A stretch of 64,000 nt of DNA from Candidatus Daviesbacteria bacterium RIFCSPLOWO2_01_FULL_39_23 (GCA_001776935.1 MFDN01000014.1:1464-65463); one strand, 5' to 3'. Counted from the first letter of the stretch, positions 29,319 through 40,185 are shown. A program made the numbers and translations. The notes: generated by a model not told the origin, from the sequence alone.

Positions 29319-32261
29319 ATGGCTATAGACAAGATAATAATCAAAGGTGCCCGTGAGCACAATCTAAAAAATATAGATTTGGAAATTCCTAAAAACAAAC
29401 TGGTGGTTTTAACCGGCATTTCCGGCTCCGGCAAATCTTCTTTGGCTTTTGATACTTTATATGCAGAAGGCCAAAGGAGATACGTGGAATCCCTTTCTTC
29501 TTACGCCCGGCAGTTTTTAGGGGTAATGGATAAGCCTGATGTGGATCTTATCGAAGGGCTTTCCCCGGCCATTTCCATTGATCAAAAAGGTGTTTCGCAC
29601 AATCCGCGTTCCACTGTTGGTACCACCACTGAAATTTATGATTATTTAAGACTCTTGTTTGCCCGCATCGGCCATCCGCATTGCCCTGTTTGCGGAGCAG
29701 AAGTCTCCAAAATGAGCGTGGAGCAGATAGCAGAAAAAGTGACAAGTGATAAGCAACAAGTTACAAGTAAAGGAAGGAGGATAATGGTTTTGGCGCCTGT
29801 TGTAAAAGACCGGAAAGGGGAATACAGTCAGCTTTTTGAAGACTTAAAGAAAAAAGGATTTTCAAAAGCCCGGATTGACGGTCATATAAGGGATTTATCC
29901 GAGGATTTAGTTTTAATTAAAACTAACAAACATACGATTGACTTGGTTGTAGACCGGCTGGTCTTAGAGTCAGAAGTCAAGAGTCAAAAGTCAAGTGAGG
30001 CAAATTCTAGACTCTCGACTCTAGCTACTAGACTCTTGCAGAGTATTGAGACAGCGCTAAAATTTGGCGAGGGATCTGTAATTATTTCTGAAGTTTTGGA
30101 TGCGTCTTTGGAGTTTCCGCAAAACCCGAAAAAAATGAAAGATCACCTGTACTCTGAAAGATTTGCCTGCCCGGTAGACAATATATCTTTGCCGGAAATT
30201 GAACCAAGGCTGCTTTCTTTTAATTCTCCCCATGGTGCCTGTCCTAAATGTTCAGGTTTAGGCACACTTCTTGAGATAGACGAAACCACTATTTTAAACC
30301 CGATTCTTTCCATTGAAGAAGGCGGGATACTTCCCTGGTCAAAGCTGGCAACATCTGATACCTGGTTTACCAAGCTTGTAACTGCAGTGGGTAAAGAATA
30401 CGGGTTCGACCTTAGTACAAGGCTTGGGAGTTTGACGCCTGAGGCTAAGCAAATCCTGCTTTTTGGTTCAGGCGACAAGGAATTTAAAGTGGAAGGAAGA
30501 AACAGACAGGGTAAATGGACGCACTTTTATTCTGAATTTTCCGGACTTGTCGCCTACCTTAAGCAAAGGTATGAAACTTCTGAATCAGACTTTGTCAAAG
30601 CGGAGATAGAAAAATATATGTATAAGGAAACTTGCCCCAAATGTAAGGGCGCAAGGCTGAAAGATGAGGCTTTATCAATCACAATAGACAGTTTAAATAT
30701 TGCAGAAGTAACCGGACAGTCAATAGTGCAGACCCTTGAATGGATAAAATCAATTCAAATCAATGGTCGGGAAGCGCAAATTGCCACCCCTGTTGTGAAA
30801 GAGATTAAGGCCAGACTGCAATTTCTGATAGATGTCGGTCTGGATTATCTGACTTTGGACCGGGCTGCGCAAACTTTGGCAGGAGGAGAAAGCCAGCGGA
30901 TCAGGCTTGCCTCACAAATTGGCTCAGGTTTATCAGGTGTTTTATATGTTTTGGATGAGCCATCAATAGGTTTACACCAGCGCGATAACGCGCGTCTTAT
31001 ACAAACACTTAAAAAATTACGGGATTTAGGCAATACGGTGGTGGTTAATGAACACGACGCTGAGACAATGGAAGCTGCGGACCTTTTGATAGAAATCGGT
31101 CCGGGAGCAGGCGAGCACGGCGGCAACATAGTGGCTATAGGTACGCCTGATCAGATCAAAAAAAACGCAGCATCTTTAACAGGCCAATATCTTTCCGGTA
31201 AAAAAAGAGTGACTGTTCTCAGTCACCCCAAAGATGCCCCAGAGCGACAGGCGAAGGATCTTATTAATGGTAAATTTCTTAAGATTAAGGGAGCCAGTGA
31301 GCATAACTTAAAAAATATCAATGCAGAATTTCCTTTGGGTAAATTTATTGCTGTCACAGGCGTTTCAGGATCGGGAAAGTCAACGCTAATTCATGACATT
31401 TTGTACCGGGCTCTGGCGCAAAAAATATACCGCTCCCGCGAAAAGGCAGGGGCTTATAAAGAAATGGAAGGCGTAGAAAATATCGACAAAGTGGTGCTTG
31501 TGGATCAATCTCCTATTGGCCGGACTCCCCGATCTAATCCTGCCACCTATACCGGCGCTTTTACATTCATAAGGGATCTTTTTGCCAATTCTCCCGAAGC
31601 AAAAATAAGGGGATATGGACCGGGCAGATTTTCTTTCAATGTTAAAGGAGGACGGTGCGAGGTTTGTGAAGGGGAAGGAACTTTAAAGATTGAAATGCAG
31701 TTTTTGCCTGATGTATATGTGACTTGTGAGGCCTGCAATGGTAAAAGATACAACAGGGAAGCGCTTGAAATTCATTTTAAAGAAAAAACAATTGCAGATG
31801 TTTTGGATATGACAGTTGAGGAGGCTTTAAAGTTTTTTGAAAATATTCCTTATATAAAAAATAAACTGCAGGTTCTAAATGATGTAGGTCTTGGTTATAT
31901 CAGGCTGGGCCAGCCTGCGCCCACTTTATCCGGCGGAGAAGCTCAAAGGATCAAACTTTCATCTGAATTATCCAAACGGCCCACAGGACATACCATGTAT
32001 ATTTTGGATGAGCCCACCACGGGTTTACACTTTGCAGATATAGAAAGACTGCTGGCAATCCTTAGAAAACTTGTAAATTTTGGTAACACCGTGATAATCA
32101 TTGAACATAATCTGGATGTTATCAGGAATACTGACTGGATTTTGGACTTGGGACCGGAAGGCGGCGATAAAGGCGGAAAAATAGTTGCTGAAGGCACGCC
32201 TGAAAATATCGCCAAGCTTAAAGCTTCCCACACCGGTCAGTATCTGGCAAAGATAACATGA
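29319..32261 (+). CDS. uvrA: Excinuclease ABC subunit A
   Basis: Probable start [18 protein letters not shown] at 29319; two ABC cassettes ([28 protein letters not shown]) and zinc fingers. Confidence 0.98.
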   Translation: MAIDKIIIKGAREHNLKNIDLEIPKNKLVVLTGISGSGKSSLAFDTLYAEGQRRYVESLSSYARQFLGVMDKPDVDLIEGLSPAISIDQKGVSHNPRSTVGTTTEIYDYLRLLFARIGHPHCPVCGAEVSKMSVEQIAEKVTSDKQQVTSKGRRIMVLAPVVKDRKGEYSQLFEDLKKKGFSKARIDGHIRDLSEDLVLIKTNKHTIDLVVDRLVLESEVKSQKSSEANSRLSTLATRLLQSIETALKFGEGSVIISEVLDASLEFPQNPKKMKDHLYSERFACPVDNISLPEIEPRLLSFNSPHGACPKCSGLGTLLEIDETTILNPILSIEEGGILPWSKLATSDTWFTKLVTAVGKEYGFDLSTRLGSLTPEAKQILLFGSGDKEFKVEGRNRQGKWTHFYSEFSGLVAYLKQRYETSESDFVKAEIEKYMYKETCPKCKGARLKDEALSITIDSLNIAEVTGQSIVQTLEWIKSIQINGREAQIATPVVKEIKARLQFLIDVGLDYLTLDRAAQTLAGGESQRIRLASQIGSGLSGVLYVLDEPSIGLHQRDNARLIQTLKKLRDLGNTVVVNEHDAETMEAADLLIEIGPGAGEHGGNIVAIGTPDQIKKNAASLTGQYLSGKKRVTVLSHPKDAPERQAKDLINGKFLKIKGASEHNLKNINAEFPLGKFIAVTGVSGSGKSTLIHDILYRALAQKIYRSREKAGAYKEMEGVENIDKVVLVDQSPIGRTPRSNPATYTGAFTFIRDLFANSPEAKIRGYGPGRFSFNVKGGRCEVCEGEGTLKIEMQFLPDVYVTCEACNGKRYNREALEIHFKEKTIADVLDMTVEEALKFFENIPYIKNKLQVLNDVGLGYIRLGQPAPTLSGGEAQRIKLSSELSKRPTGHTMYILDEPTTGLHFADIERLLAILRKLVNFGNTVIIIEHNLDVIRNTDWILDLGPEGGDKGGKIVAEGTPENIAKLKASHTGQYLAKIT

Positions 32262-32292
32262 CAGCGGGAAGCCAAACTGCTAAAATTAAACA

Positions 32293-34251
32293 ATGTTTAG
32301 AAAAACGCTGGTAGTTTTACCCCATTTTTTGAGATACGTGATACGTGATACGAAATATGTTATTTTTATACTGTTTTTACTTATCACTTGTCACTTATCA
32401 CTTATCCCTCCTGTGTTTGCTGCAGAGGAATTTGCAACCTCCTATGATGTGTTATACGACATAGGTGAGGACGGCATTGCTACTATTACTGAAAAAGTTA
32501 ATCTGCGTAATTTAACCTCTGAATATTATGCCAATCAATTTAAGCTGACTATCGGCGCCACTCAGATTTCCGATATTAAGGCTTCGGATGCAGGCGGCAG
32601 CTTGGAAATTGCAAGCGAGCAAAAAGAAAATCTGACTACAATCAGCGTTAAATTCAATCAGCAGGTGGCAGGTCTTGGGAAAAATTTACCCTGGACTATT
32701 TCATTTAAATCTAAAGATTTCGCTGAAAAAGTCGGCAAGATTTGGGAGGTTAGGGCGCCCCGGATTTCGCCCACTTCCAACCCGGAAAGTTATAACTTAA
32801 CATTGTCTGTTCCCAAAATCTTTGGTGATCCTTCGCAAATTTCCCCAACCCCGAAAAGCCAGACAGTTTCAGGAAATAAACTATTTTTAACATTTGATAT
32901 GGAGCAACTGAAGTCTTCCGGAGTATCCGCCACTTTCGGCCAGAACCAGCTTTTTGACTTTGATCTTACTTATCATTTGGAAAATAATAATCTGGTGCCT
33001 GTCCGCACTAATATTGCCCTGCCTCCTGACACTTCTTTTCAGGATGTTATTTATCAAAGGATAGAACCTAAACCGCTGAATGTCACTCTGGATAATGACG
33101 GTAACTATTTAGCCTGGTTCCGTTTGGAAAGAGGTCAAAAAATGGATGTTAAAGTTTTTGGATCTGCAAAGCTTTATTCAAGTTCCAAAGTTAAAAATCC
33201 CTTTTTAGAAGAAAGCTTAAGAAATAAATATACTTCTGCGGATAAATATTGGGAAAAAGATAATCCGCAAATTATCAGTAAAGTAAATGAGATTTTGGGT
33301 AAAAATCCTCCTCCGGATAACGGGGAAAAGGCGAAACTTATTTTCCGTTTTGTAGTAAACTTTTTGAAATATGATTCCTCGCGGCTTGAGGGCAACATAG
33401 AAAGATTCGGAGCAGTTACTGCGTTAAATAATCCGGATACTGCCGTATGCATGGAGTTTACAGACCTTTTTATAGCGCTTGCAAGAGCCGCCGGCATTCC
33501 TGCGCGTGAATTAAACGGATACGCCTACAGCGCCAATAATGCTTTGCGCCCGCTTTCTTTAACAAAAGATATCCTCCATTCCTGGCCGGAATATTGGAAC
33601 GCAAGCCGCGGATGGGTGATGGTGGATCCAACCTGGGAAAATACCACGGGTGGAGCGGATTATTTCAGCAAGTTGGACCTTAATCATTTTGCCTTTGTGG
33701 TAAAAGGTTCGTCTTCATCCGAACCGATTCCTGCCGGGTCTTATAAATATACGGGTCAGGAAGATACGCGGGATGTTAAAGTTTCTCTGTCTGATACGGA
33801 CTTTTTGGGGCATCCTCAGATTGATGTTGTTTTAGAGTCCCTCAATCCGGTTATTTCCGGTTTTCCCGGCAAGCTGGTTATTAAGGTTACAAATACCGGC
33901 AATTCTTTTTTTCCTTCCGATTCCCTGACAATAAACTCGAACAAACTGACAATCCAAAACTCCAAAACCCAAAAGTTGGGTATAATTCCCCCTTTTGGAA
34001 GTTCGGTATTTGAATTTAATGTCAGGACAAAATCCTTATTTGATTCTTTTACAGATCAAATGACAATTGCCATAGGCAATCAAAAATTTACACAGGAAGT
34101 GAAGGTAGCTCCTTTTATTTTATTTCAAACAGTTCCGCTGATTATTTCTGCAGTTGCCGCTTTTATGGTTTTGGTGTATGCGGTGATTTTAGGTGTCTTC
34201 ATTTACCGGAAGCGGATTCTTAAAGCAAAGCTTCAAGCCGGTAAATCATGA
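32293..34251 (+). CDS. Transglutaminase-like domain surface protein with signal peptide and C-terminal TM
   Basis: Catalytic triad pattern AVCMEFTDLFIALARAAGIPAR / HSWPE / VDPTW. Confidence 0.88.
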   Translation: MFRKTLVVLPHFLRYVIRDTKYVIFILFLLITCHLSLIPPVFAAEEFATSYDVLYDIGEDGIATITEKVNLRNLTSEYYANQFKLTIGATQISDIKASDAGGSLEIASEQKENLTTISVKFNQQVAGLGKNLPWTISFKSKDFAEKVGKIWEVRAPRISPTSNPESYNLTLSVPKIFGDPSQISPTPKSQTVSGNKLFLTFDMEQLKSSGVSATFGQNQLFDFDLTYHLENNNLVPVRTNIALPPDTSFQDVIYQRIEPKPLNVTLDNDGNYLAWFRLERGQKMDVKVFGSAKLYSSSKVKNPFLEESLRNKYTSADKYWEKDNPQIISKVNEILGKNPPPDNGEKAKLIFRFVVNFLKYDSSRLEGNIERFGAVTALNNPDTAVCMEFTDLFIALARAAGIPARELNGYAYSANNALRPLSLTKDILHSWPEYWNASRGWVMVDPTWENTTGGADYFSKLDLNHFAFVVKGSSSSEPIPAGSYKYTGQEDTRDVKVSLSDTDFLGHPQIDVVLESLNPVISGFPGKLVIKVTNTGNSFFPSDSLTINSNKLTIQNSKTQKLGIIPPFGSSVFEFNVRTKSLFDSFTDQMTIAIGNQKFTQEVKVAPFILFQTVPLIISAVAAFMVLVYAVILGVFIYRKRILKAKLQAGKS

Positions 34252-35558
34252 TCCCCTCATTTGTAGAAAAAACCCGGGTTCCAAAAAAACCCGGCGTCTA
34301 TATTTTTAAGGATAAAACAGGCAGGGTTTTATATGTCGGAAAAGCAATAAACCTGTACAACCGCGTATCCTCATATTTTTCCCACGTTAAATCAGGCAAA
34401 ATATCCTCACTTGTGGATCAAATCAGTGCCGCAGAAACTATAACTTGCGAATCCGAACTTGAGGCTTTGATTTTAGAAGCCAATTTCATTAAAAAATATT
34501 TACCTCCTTTTAATGTCAGACTGGTGGATGATAAGGATTACTTATATATAGTCATAACTAAAGAAGATTTTCCCAAAGTTATTACAGCCAGAAAAAAGGA
34601 ACTTGAAGGTGCGGAAAAATACTGGGGGCCTTTCCCTTCTGCCCGGACAGTTAGGGATACATTAAAATCTTTACGCAGAATCTTTCCCTGGTGTAGTCAA
34701 AAAAAGCTCTTTGCTGTTAGCCGTTCGCTATTGGCAGCTAATAGCCAAAAGCTAATAGCCAATAGCTATAAACCTTGTTTTTACTATCACTTAGGTTTGT
34801 GTCCGCCGGGTGCATGTATGGGGTTAATTTCCGAAAAAGACTATAACAGGATTATTAGCAGATTTTCTAAATTTATGGACGGCAAAAAAGAACAGCTGTT
34901 GTCTGATCTTACAAAAGAAATGATGCAGGCCTCAGGTAAGCAAAAGTTTGAAGATGCAGCGAGGATCAAAAAGACTATTAACGGGATTTTGTATATGACC
35001 CAGCCCCAAAGGACCAACCTTTATTTGGAAAACCGGAATTTTTTGGAAGAAGAAAGGGAGCTTGCTTTAAAAACTCTGCAAAAGGATTTAAATTTAAAAA
35101 CTTTGCCGCAAAGGATAGAAGGATATGATATTTCCAATATCTCAGGCAAAGAGGCCACAGGTTCTTTGGTTGTTTTAACAAACGGGGAGATTGATAAATC
35201 CCAATACAGAAAATTTAAGATTCATATTACCGGCAGACCTAATGATGTAGGTATGCATAAAGAGATGCTGATAAGACGCTTAAACCATCCCGAGTGGCCT
35301 ATGCCCGATTTAATTATTGTTGACGGCGGCAGGAGTCAGGCAAAAGCTATGCAAAGCATACTACATACTACCAGCTACATAATACCAATTTTTGGCCTTG
35401 CAAAAAGGATGGAGTGGTTATACCCGCCTGAGGGAGAGATAATAAAACTTCCAAAAAGAAGCCTTTCCTTGAAGCTCCTGCAAAAATTACGGGATGAATC
35501 ACACAGATTTGCCTTGAGCTATCACAGAAAACTTCGTGATAAGATAATGATAGGATGA
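34248..35558 (+). CDS. uvrC: Excinuclease ABC subunit C (short form lacking C-terminal HhH)
   Basis: PGVYIFKD...YVGKA..L..RVSSYF GIY-YIG domain, UVR motif FEDAARIK, RIEGYDISN, IVDGG, RDESHRFA. Confidence 0.93.
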   Translation: MIPSFVEKTRVPKKPGVYIFKDKTGRVLYVGKAINLYNRVSSYFSHVKSGKISSLVDQISAAETITCESELEALILEANFIKKYLPPFNVRLVDDKDYLYIVITKEDFPKVITARKKELEGAEKYWGPFPSARTVRDTLKSLRRIFPWCSQKKLFAVSRSLLAANSQKLIANSYKPCFYYHLGLCPPGACMGLISEKDYNRIISRFSKFMDGKKEQLLSDLTKEMMQASGKQKFEDAARIKKTINGILYMTQPQRTNLYLENRNFLEEERELALKTLQKDLNLKTLPQRIEGYDISNISGKEATGSLVVLTNGEIDKSQYRKFKIHITGRPNDVGMHKEMLIRRLNHPEWPMPDLIIVDGGRSQAKAMQSILHTTSYIIPIFGLAKRMEWLYPPEGEIIKLPKRSLSLKLLQKLRDESHRFALSYHRKLRDKIMIG

Positions 35559-35956
35559 AAACTGTCCTCCGCTATTTTTTAATAAACCTTGTCTCTCTTT
35601 TTGCCACCACTAAAATTATTCCGGGTTTAGCATACAGTGGAGGAGTAAAAAGTCTCTTTTTGGGGGCGGTGGCATTTATGCTGATAAATTTAATTCTGGT
35701 TCCGCTCATCAAAATCCTCTTTCTGCCGCTTAATCTTTTAACCCTGGGAATTTTTGCCTGGCTTACTAATGTGATAGCGCTTTATGCTTTAACAACCATT
35801 GTGTCTGATTTTCAACTTCTGCCATTTTCTTTTAGTGGAGCAAACCTGAGCGGAATAGTGATTCCGCCGCAGGAGCTCTCACCCTTTTTAGTGGCAATTG
35901 TTGCTTCATTTTTGATCGGCATGATAACTCATTTTTTACAGTGGTTAAGCCACTGA
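35555..35956 (+). CDS. 4-TM phage-holin-like (YvlD-type) membrane protein
   Basis: INLILVPLIKILFLPLNLLTLGIFAWLTN signature. Confidence 0.85.
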   Translation: MKTVLRYFLINLVSLFATTKIIPGLAYSGGVKSLFLGAVAFMLINLILVPLIKILFLPLNLLTLGIFAWLTNVIALYALTTIVSDFQLLPFSFSGANLSGIVIPPQELSPFLVAIVASFLIGMITHFLQWLSH

Positions 35957-36007
35957 AAACCCCATAGCAATTTGACTTTTATACTTTACTATCATATGAT
36001 ATTAGGA

Positions 36008-36838
36008 ATGGTTAAATTTTTCATTGGCGGATTTTTTGTCCTTTTTTCTTCAGTACTCCTTAGTACTCCTGTTTTAGCCGGAGGACAACTGGTTAATCTT
36101 GTAGCAGATAGCAATGGTTATGTTAGTGAAGATAACTACGGCCGGATCATGAGAGTCTTCCTTAATTCCGGGCCCGGCGGGTTTCCCTGTAAAGGTGCAG
36201 AAATTACTTTTAAATTCGTAGATCCTAAAGATGGGGATTATATCAACACCGGTTCAGGTGGTCCAACTTTTGTGATGCAGGATGATCCTCAGCCATTCTA
36301 TAGAAATGGAGTCAGGATAGGTAGTATTTGTGGTACTTATGCGAAAATGTCCTCAAAAATTTTTGGAGAGAGAATGGTTACTGTTGCTGTTAAAAATGGT
36401 GATCGGGTTTGGCCTGCCTCTGATGCACCGGTAATTAAGGTGCATTTTGACGGAAAATATCATGGTGATAATGCTTATGATAATCAAAACTACAGGAGTT
36501 CTTTTGAAAACTATGGTTGGTATGGGGATCTTTCAGTGCTATCTTCTCCCAGCACTACATCTATGCCGGCAGCATCAGTCACTCCTGTCAGATCCGCCTT
36601 TCCTGTTGCAACTGTAGTTCCTGTTCCCGTACAGCCAATAATTTCAAAGCCGCCTGTCATCAAAGGTATAGAGCCGATAAAAGTAGTAGTTGATACTAGT
36701 GCTTCTGCAGCCTTGCAGCAGAAAATAGAGGATTTAGAAAGAAAACTTGAACAATCTCAACAAAAGCAGTCACTTTTAGAAAGCAGGATTAACCAGCTTG
36801 TTTCCTGGATTAAATCAATTTTCCCCTTCTTTAAGTAA
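36008..36838 (+). CDS. Secreted hypothetical protein with Pro/Val linker and C-terminal coiled coil
   Basis: TTGACT-17-TATGAT then ATG at 36008; signal peptide ending VLA; LQQKIEDLERKLEQSQQKQ...WIKSIFPFFK tail. Confidence 0.6.
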   Translation: MVKFFIGGFFVLFSSVLLSTPVLAGGQLVNLVADSNGYVSEDNYGRIMRVFLNSGPGGFPCKGAEITFKFVDPKDGDYINTGSGGPTFVMQDDPQPFYRNGVRIGSICGTYAKMSSKIFGERMVTVAVKNGDRVWPASDAPVIKVHFDGKYHGDNAYDNQNYRSSFENYGWYGDLSVLSSPSTTSMPAASVTPVRSAFPVATVVPVPVQPIISKPPVIKGIEPIKVVVDTSASAALQQKIEDLERKLEQSQQKQSLLESRINQLVSWIKSIFPFFK

Positions 36839-36861
36839 TATTCCTGTTGTATAATAGATTG

Positions 36862-37077
36862 ATGCAGGCAGTAGTTTCTTTAATTCAAATAATATTGGCA
36901 ATTCTTTTAATTATTGTGATCATTATCCAGCAAAAAGGCTCCGGGTTGGGCGCTTCCTTCGGAGGAGATATGTCTTTTTACCGGACTAAAAGAGGAGCAG
37001 AGAAACTTCTTTTTTACGCCACCATAGGCATTGCCGGCGGTTTTATCCTCTCCTCGCTTATAGGATTAATGCTTTGA
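36862..37077 (+). CDS. secG: Preprotein translocase subunit SecG
   Basis: IIIQQKGSGLGASFGG...RTKRGAEKLL; ATG 6 nt after TATAAT. Confidence 0.92.
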   Translation: MQAVVSLIQIILAILLIIVIIIQQKGSGLGASFGGDMSFYRTKRGAEKLLFYATIGIAGGFILSSLIGLML

Positions 37078-37085
37078 CTTATTTT

Positions 37086-38468
37086 ATGAACTTAAGGTCT
37101 CTGAGGCTATTTTTTTTGATCCTTATTGAGTATTTAAAAAGAAATATATACTGGGTGCTTGGTTTTTTTGCAGTGGTTTGCATTTTTTCTTTTCTGCAAT
37201 TTAAATTCAATCTGATTCATGCGCCGAATGTAATAAAAATAGGGATAATAGGCACATATCAGCAGCATGATTTGCCTCAGGAACTGACAAGGCTTATTTC
37301 CGAAGGCCTTACAACAGCGTCTGAGGAGGGTAAAATTATGCCTGTTTTAGTTAGCGGATGGGAAGTGAATAACGATGCAACTCAATATAAGTTTAAGCTC
37401 AAAGATAATCTTAAATGGTCTGATAATACGCAAATTTCTTCCTCAGATTTAGATTTTGCCATCCCAAATACCGTTGTGTCGTTCCCTGAAAAAGGGATAA
37501 TTCAGTTTAATTTGAAAGAATCATACTCTCCCTTTCCTTCGCTTTTAGTAAAGCCCGTATTTAAAAAAGGTACGCTTTTGGGCACCGGACCATACAAAGT
37601 TCAGAAAGTTGAAAAAAGCAGGATTTTTATCACAAAAATTACCCTTTCTCCAATTGACCCAAAATTACCGGGTATAATCATCCGTTTTTACCCCAGTGAA
37701 AAAGTTGCTGTTACGGGTTTTAATTTAGGAGAGGTGCAGGCGATTTTTGGTCTCAGCAGTCCGACAGCCTTTGCCGGCAATTCTCAGGTGGCCTTAAAGC
37801 AAAAGCCTGATTATTCAAAGATTGTGACTATCCTGTTTCAGGCCGAAGATCCTTTGTTGCAGAACCGATCCCTTCGTCAGGCGCTTGCTTATCAACTTCC
37901 TCAAATACCGAATGAGGAAATTGCCAATAATCCCTATCCCCCAAAATTATGGGCTTATAATAGCAGTTCTAAAAAATATTTCTCAAATCCGGGGGAAGCG
38001 CAGGATGCTTTGAAGCGGGCAAAGTCAAATATTTCGCAGGAAAAGCTAAAGTCAGAAATAATTTTAACTACAACTCCTAACTTAAGCGAAGTGGGTAAAA
38101 TTGCGGTTGATGCCTGGAAAGGACTGGGTTTTGACGCAAAGCTTCGGGTGGAATCCGGCATTGCACAAAATTTTCAAGCCCTGCTTATCACCCAAAGTAT
38201 TCCTGTGGATCCTGACCAGTACTTTTTATGGCATGCAACACAAACAAAAACCAATTTAACAAAGTATAATTCCAAAAGGGCGGATAAAGACCTGGAAGAC
38301 GGAAGGAAAATAATCTCCGAAGATGAAAGGCGCGAGGCTTACTTTGACTTTCAAAAAACCCTGCTGGAAGATACCCCGGCCGTATTTTTATACTTTCCCA
38401 AATACAACATTGCCTACCTTAAAAAAACAGAACCGCTTTTAAGCTTGGTTTTGGGCGTCCGTAATTAG
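37086..38468 (+). CDS. ABC peptide/nickel-type substrate-binding protein (family 5)
   Basis: LISEGL, YKFKLKDNLKWSD, GTGPYKV, DPDQYFLWH, PAVFLY. Confidence 0.85.
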   Translation: MNLRSLRLFFLILIEYLKRNIYWVLGFFAVVCIFSFLQFKFNLIHAPNVIKIGIIGTYQQHDLPQELTRLISEGLTTASEEGKIMPVLVSGWEVNNDATQYKFKLKDNLKWSDNTQISSSDLDFAIPNTVVSFPEKGIIQFNLKESYSPFPSLLVKPVFKKGTLLGTGPYKVQKVEKSRIFITKITLSPIDPKLPGIIIRFYPSEKVAVTGFNLGEVQAIFGLSSPTAFAGNSQVALKQKPDYSKIVTILFQAEDPLLQNRSLRQALAYQLPQIPNEEIANNPYPPKLWAYNSSSKKYFSNPGEAQDALKRAKSNISQEKLKSEIILTTTPNLSEVGKIAVDAWKGLGFDAKLRVESGIAQNFQALLITQSIPVDPDQYFLWHATQTKTNLTKYNSKRADKDLEDGRKIISEDERREAYFDFQKTLLEDTPAVFLYFPKYNIAYLKKTEPLLSLVLGVRN

Positions 38469-38471
38469 ATT

Positions 38472-38852
38472 TTAAGCGTGAGCTTTGTGAGTTTGGCCGT
38501 TGCCGTTTGTTTTTAAAAGGGGGCTTTTGCGTAAAATATCAACTTCGTGTTGCAGGCTGCGCATTTGATGGGCCATATAAATTATTGCATTGTGGGCTTT
38601 ACCCTCATCTTCGCCAATTTTTTTCATGTATTCTTCTGTTTCCCTTAAACTCTGGGTGTTTTTAGTAACGGCAGATTGAACGGAAAGAGCTATGTAAATC
38701 ACCTCCAAAGAGGTGGCGGCTGCCAAAATAAGCAAAATGGCCTCGGTGGCGAGGCCAAATACCCTAAGGGTAAAAACTCCCCCAAAAAAAAGGGTGTTGG
38801 TAATCAGGAAAAAGAAGAATTTTTCAGATGGAGTAAGCTTTCTGACTGTCAT
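38472..38852 (-). CDS. Small two-TM protein, DUF1003-like
   Basis: Two TMs then TSLEVIYIALSVQ and a coiled coil; strong SD (AGAGGAGG). Confidence 0.5.
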   Translation of the reverse strand: MTVRKLTPSEKFFFFLITNTLFFGGVFTLRVFGLATEAILLILAAATSLEVIYIALSVQSAVTKNTQSLRETEEYMKKIGEDEGKAHNAIIYMAHQMRSLQHEVDILRKSPLLKTNGNGQTHKAHA

Positions 38853-38874
38853 ATATTTCCTCCTCTAATACAAC

Positions 38875-38955
38875 AAAAAAATCTCCTAACCTGCTCTTTT
38901 TAGGTATCTTAGAGATTTCAAATTTCATTGTCTACCCAACTGACCTTTATGTCAA
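38875..38955 (-). promoter_or_regulatory. Promoter followed by terminator-like leader hairpin
   Basis: TTGACA-17-GACAAT, then AAATCTC..ACCT/AGGT..GAGATTT plus U-tract ahead of the SD. Confidence 0.45.
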
Positions 38956-38982
38956 CCCCCCAAAATCAGGTTCAGAAAAGGC

Positions 38983-40077
38983 TTAGAACCAACCCTTTTT
39001 ACGGAAATAAAGGTACATCAAAAGTGCAGGAATTGTTGCCAAAATCATAATAATTATTAGAGTGGTGTATGTTCCAAAAAAAGTCCATGAACCCCCTTCG
39101 ATTCCGCCTGGAAGCAGGATATTCATACCGTAAAATGTTCCGACAATTGTAGCAGGGATTGAAAGGGTAAAAATTATTGTCAGTACGGACAAAATTGTGT
39201 TGGTTTTTTCGGTATTGATTGTAAAATCCGCATCTTTGTAAATATCAACTGTTTCCCTTGCTTCTTCCAAAGTTTCCCATGTCCTGTCCACTCTGTGGGT
39301 TATATCGGTATAGTAAACAGACAGATTGCTCTTTGAAAATTTTGTAACTCTTGCCGACATATCTGCAAGCAAAGCCCTCAGTGGACCAATAACTCTTCTC
39401 AGGCTGATTATTTTTCTTCGTAGTTGCCCAACCTGATAAACTCCTGAGACTTTATCATCAAACACGATGTCTTCCACCAGATCTACCTCGGTAAGTATTG
39501 AACGCAGGAGCGGGGACAATCCTTCAGTTAACTGTTCAATGATTGTATACAAAAGATGAGAAGAAGAGTTTCCGATATAGGCTTTGCGGCGGTCTTCATT
39601 GTCTTTGCAGTCTTCAAAAATCTTAGAAATTACGCTGTTTTCGTTTTCATGTATAGTAACAAGATAGTTGTGCCCCAGAAAGAAACAAAGTTGATTCATG
39701 CTTATGCTTTGATCAGAAATGTTGAGCGAAGGGAAGCGCAGGAGTATAAATATATACCTGTCTTCATCATTTTGTTCAATCTTGGGAAATTGGCTTTTAG
39801 ATACGCAGTCCTCAAGGTGCAGGGGATGGAAAGGGTATTTTTGAGCAAGCTCGCTGATTTCTTTGCGGGTGGGATTTTTAACATCCACCCATGTTATTTT
39901 GCCATGATTCACCGCCTGTATTTTTTCCTCTTTAGGCGCTGCATCTTCGTTTTTTTCACTGCTTTCTTTGACATTCAGAAAGCTTAAATAATATTTAAAT
40001 GCGCCGGCAATCCTTTTATGGGGTTTGCCGAGCAGGATTTGGATTTCTTTTAAAGTATCTTTTAGGTTCCTAGGCAT
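38983..40077 (-). CDS. corA: CorA family Mg2+/Co2+ transporter
   Basis: TWVDVKNP, FHPLHLEDC, GTFYGMN signature, two C-terminal TMs ending RKKGWF. Confidence 0.93.
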   Translation of the reverse strand: MPRNLKDTLKEIQILLGKPHKRIAGAFKYYLSFLNVKESSEKNEDAAPKEEKIQAVNHGKITWVDVKNPTRKEISELAQKYPFHPLHLEDCVSKSQFPKIEQNDEDRYIFILLRFPSLNISDQSISMNQLCFFLGHNYLVTIHENENSVISKIFEDCKDNEDRRKAYIGNSSSHLLYTIIEQLTEGLSPLLRSILTEVDLVEDIVFDDKVSGVYQVGQLRRKIISLRRVIGPLRALLADMSARVTKFSKSNLSVYYTDITHRVDRTWETLEEARETVDIYKDADFTINTEKTNTILSVLTIIFTLSIPATIVGTFYGMNILLPGGIEGGSWTFFGTYTTLIIIMILATIPALLMYLYFRKKGWF

Positions 40078-40091
40078 AGCTTTCTCCTTTT

Positions 40092-40174
40092 AAAAAAGCG
40101 TAGGAAGAAAGGTTTCGTGTGTTCTTCTACGCTCCAGCAAGTTAAGTTTAGTCCTTATGATAAAAAGTTGTCAA
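40092..40174 (-). promoter_or_regulatory. corA promoter and terminator-like leader hairpin
   Basis: TTGACA-18-TAAACT, then AGCGTAGAAGAA...TTCTTCCTACGCT plus TTTTT directly ahead of SD AAGGAG. Confidence 0.5.
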
Positions 40175-40185
40175 TACGGTAAAGA

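Noticed and set aside
35555-35956. Prophage, suggested by the holin-like gene
   Set aside because: YvlD-type 4-TM proteins are common chromosomal genes; no phage structural, terminase or integrase genes nearby
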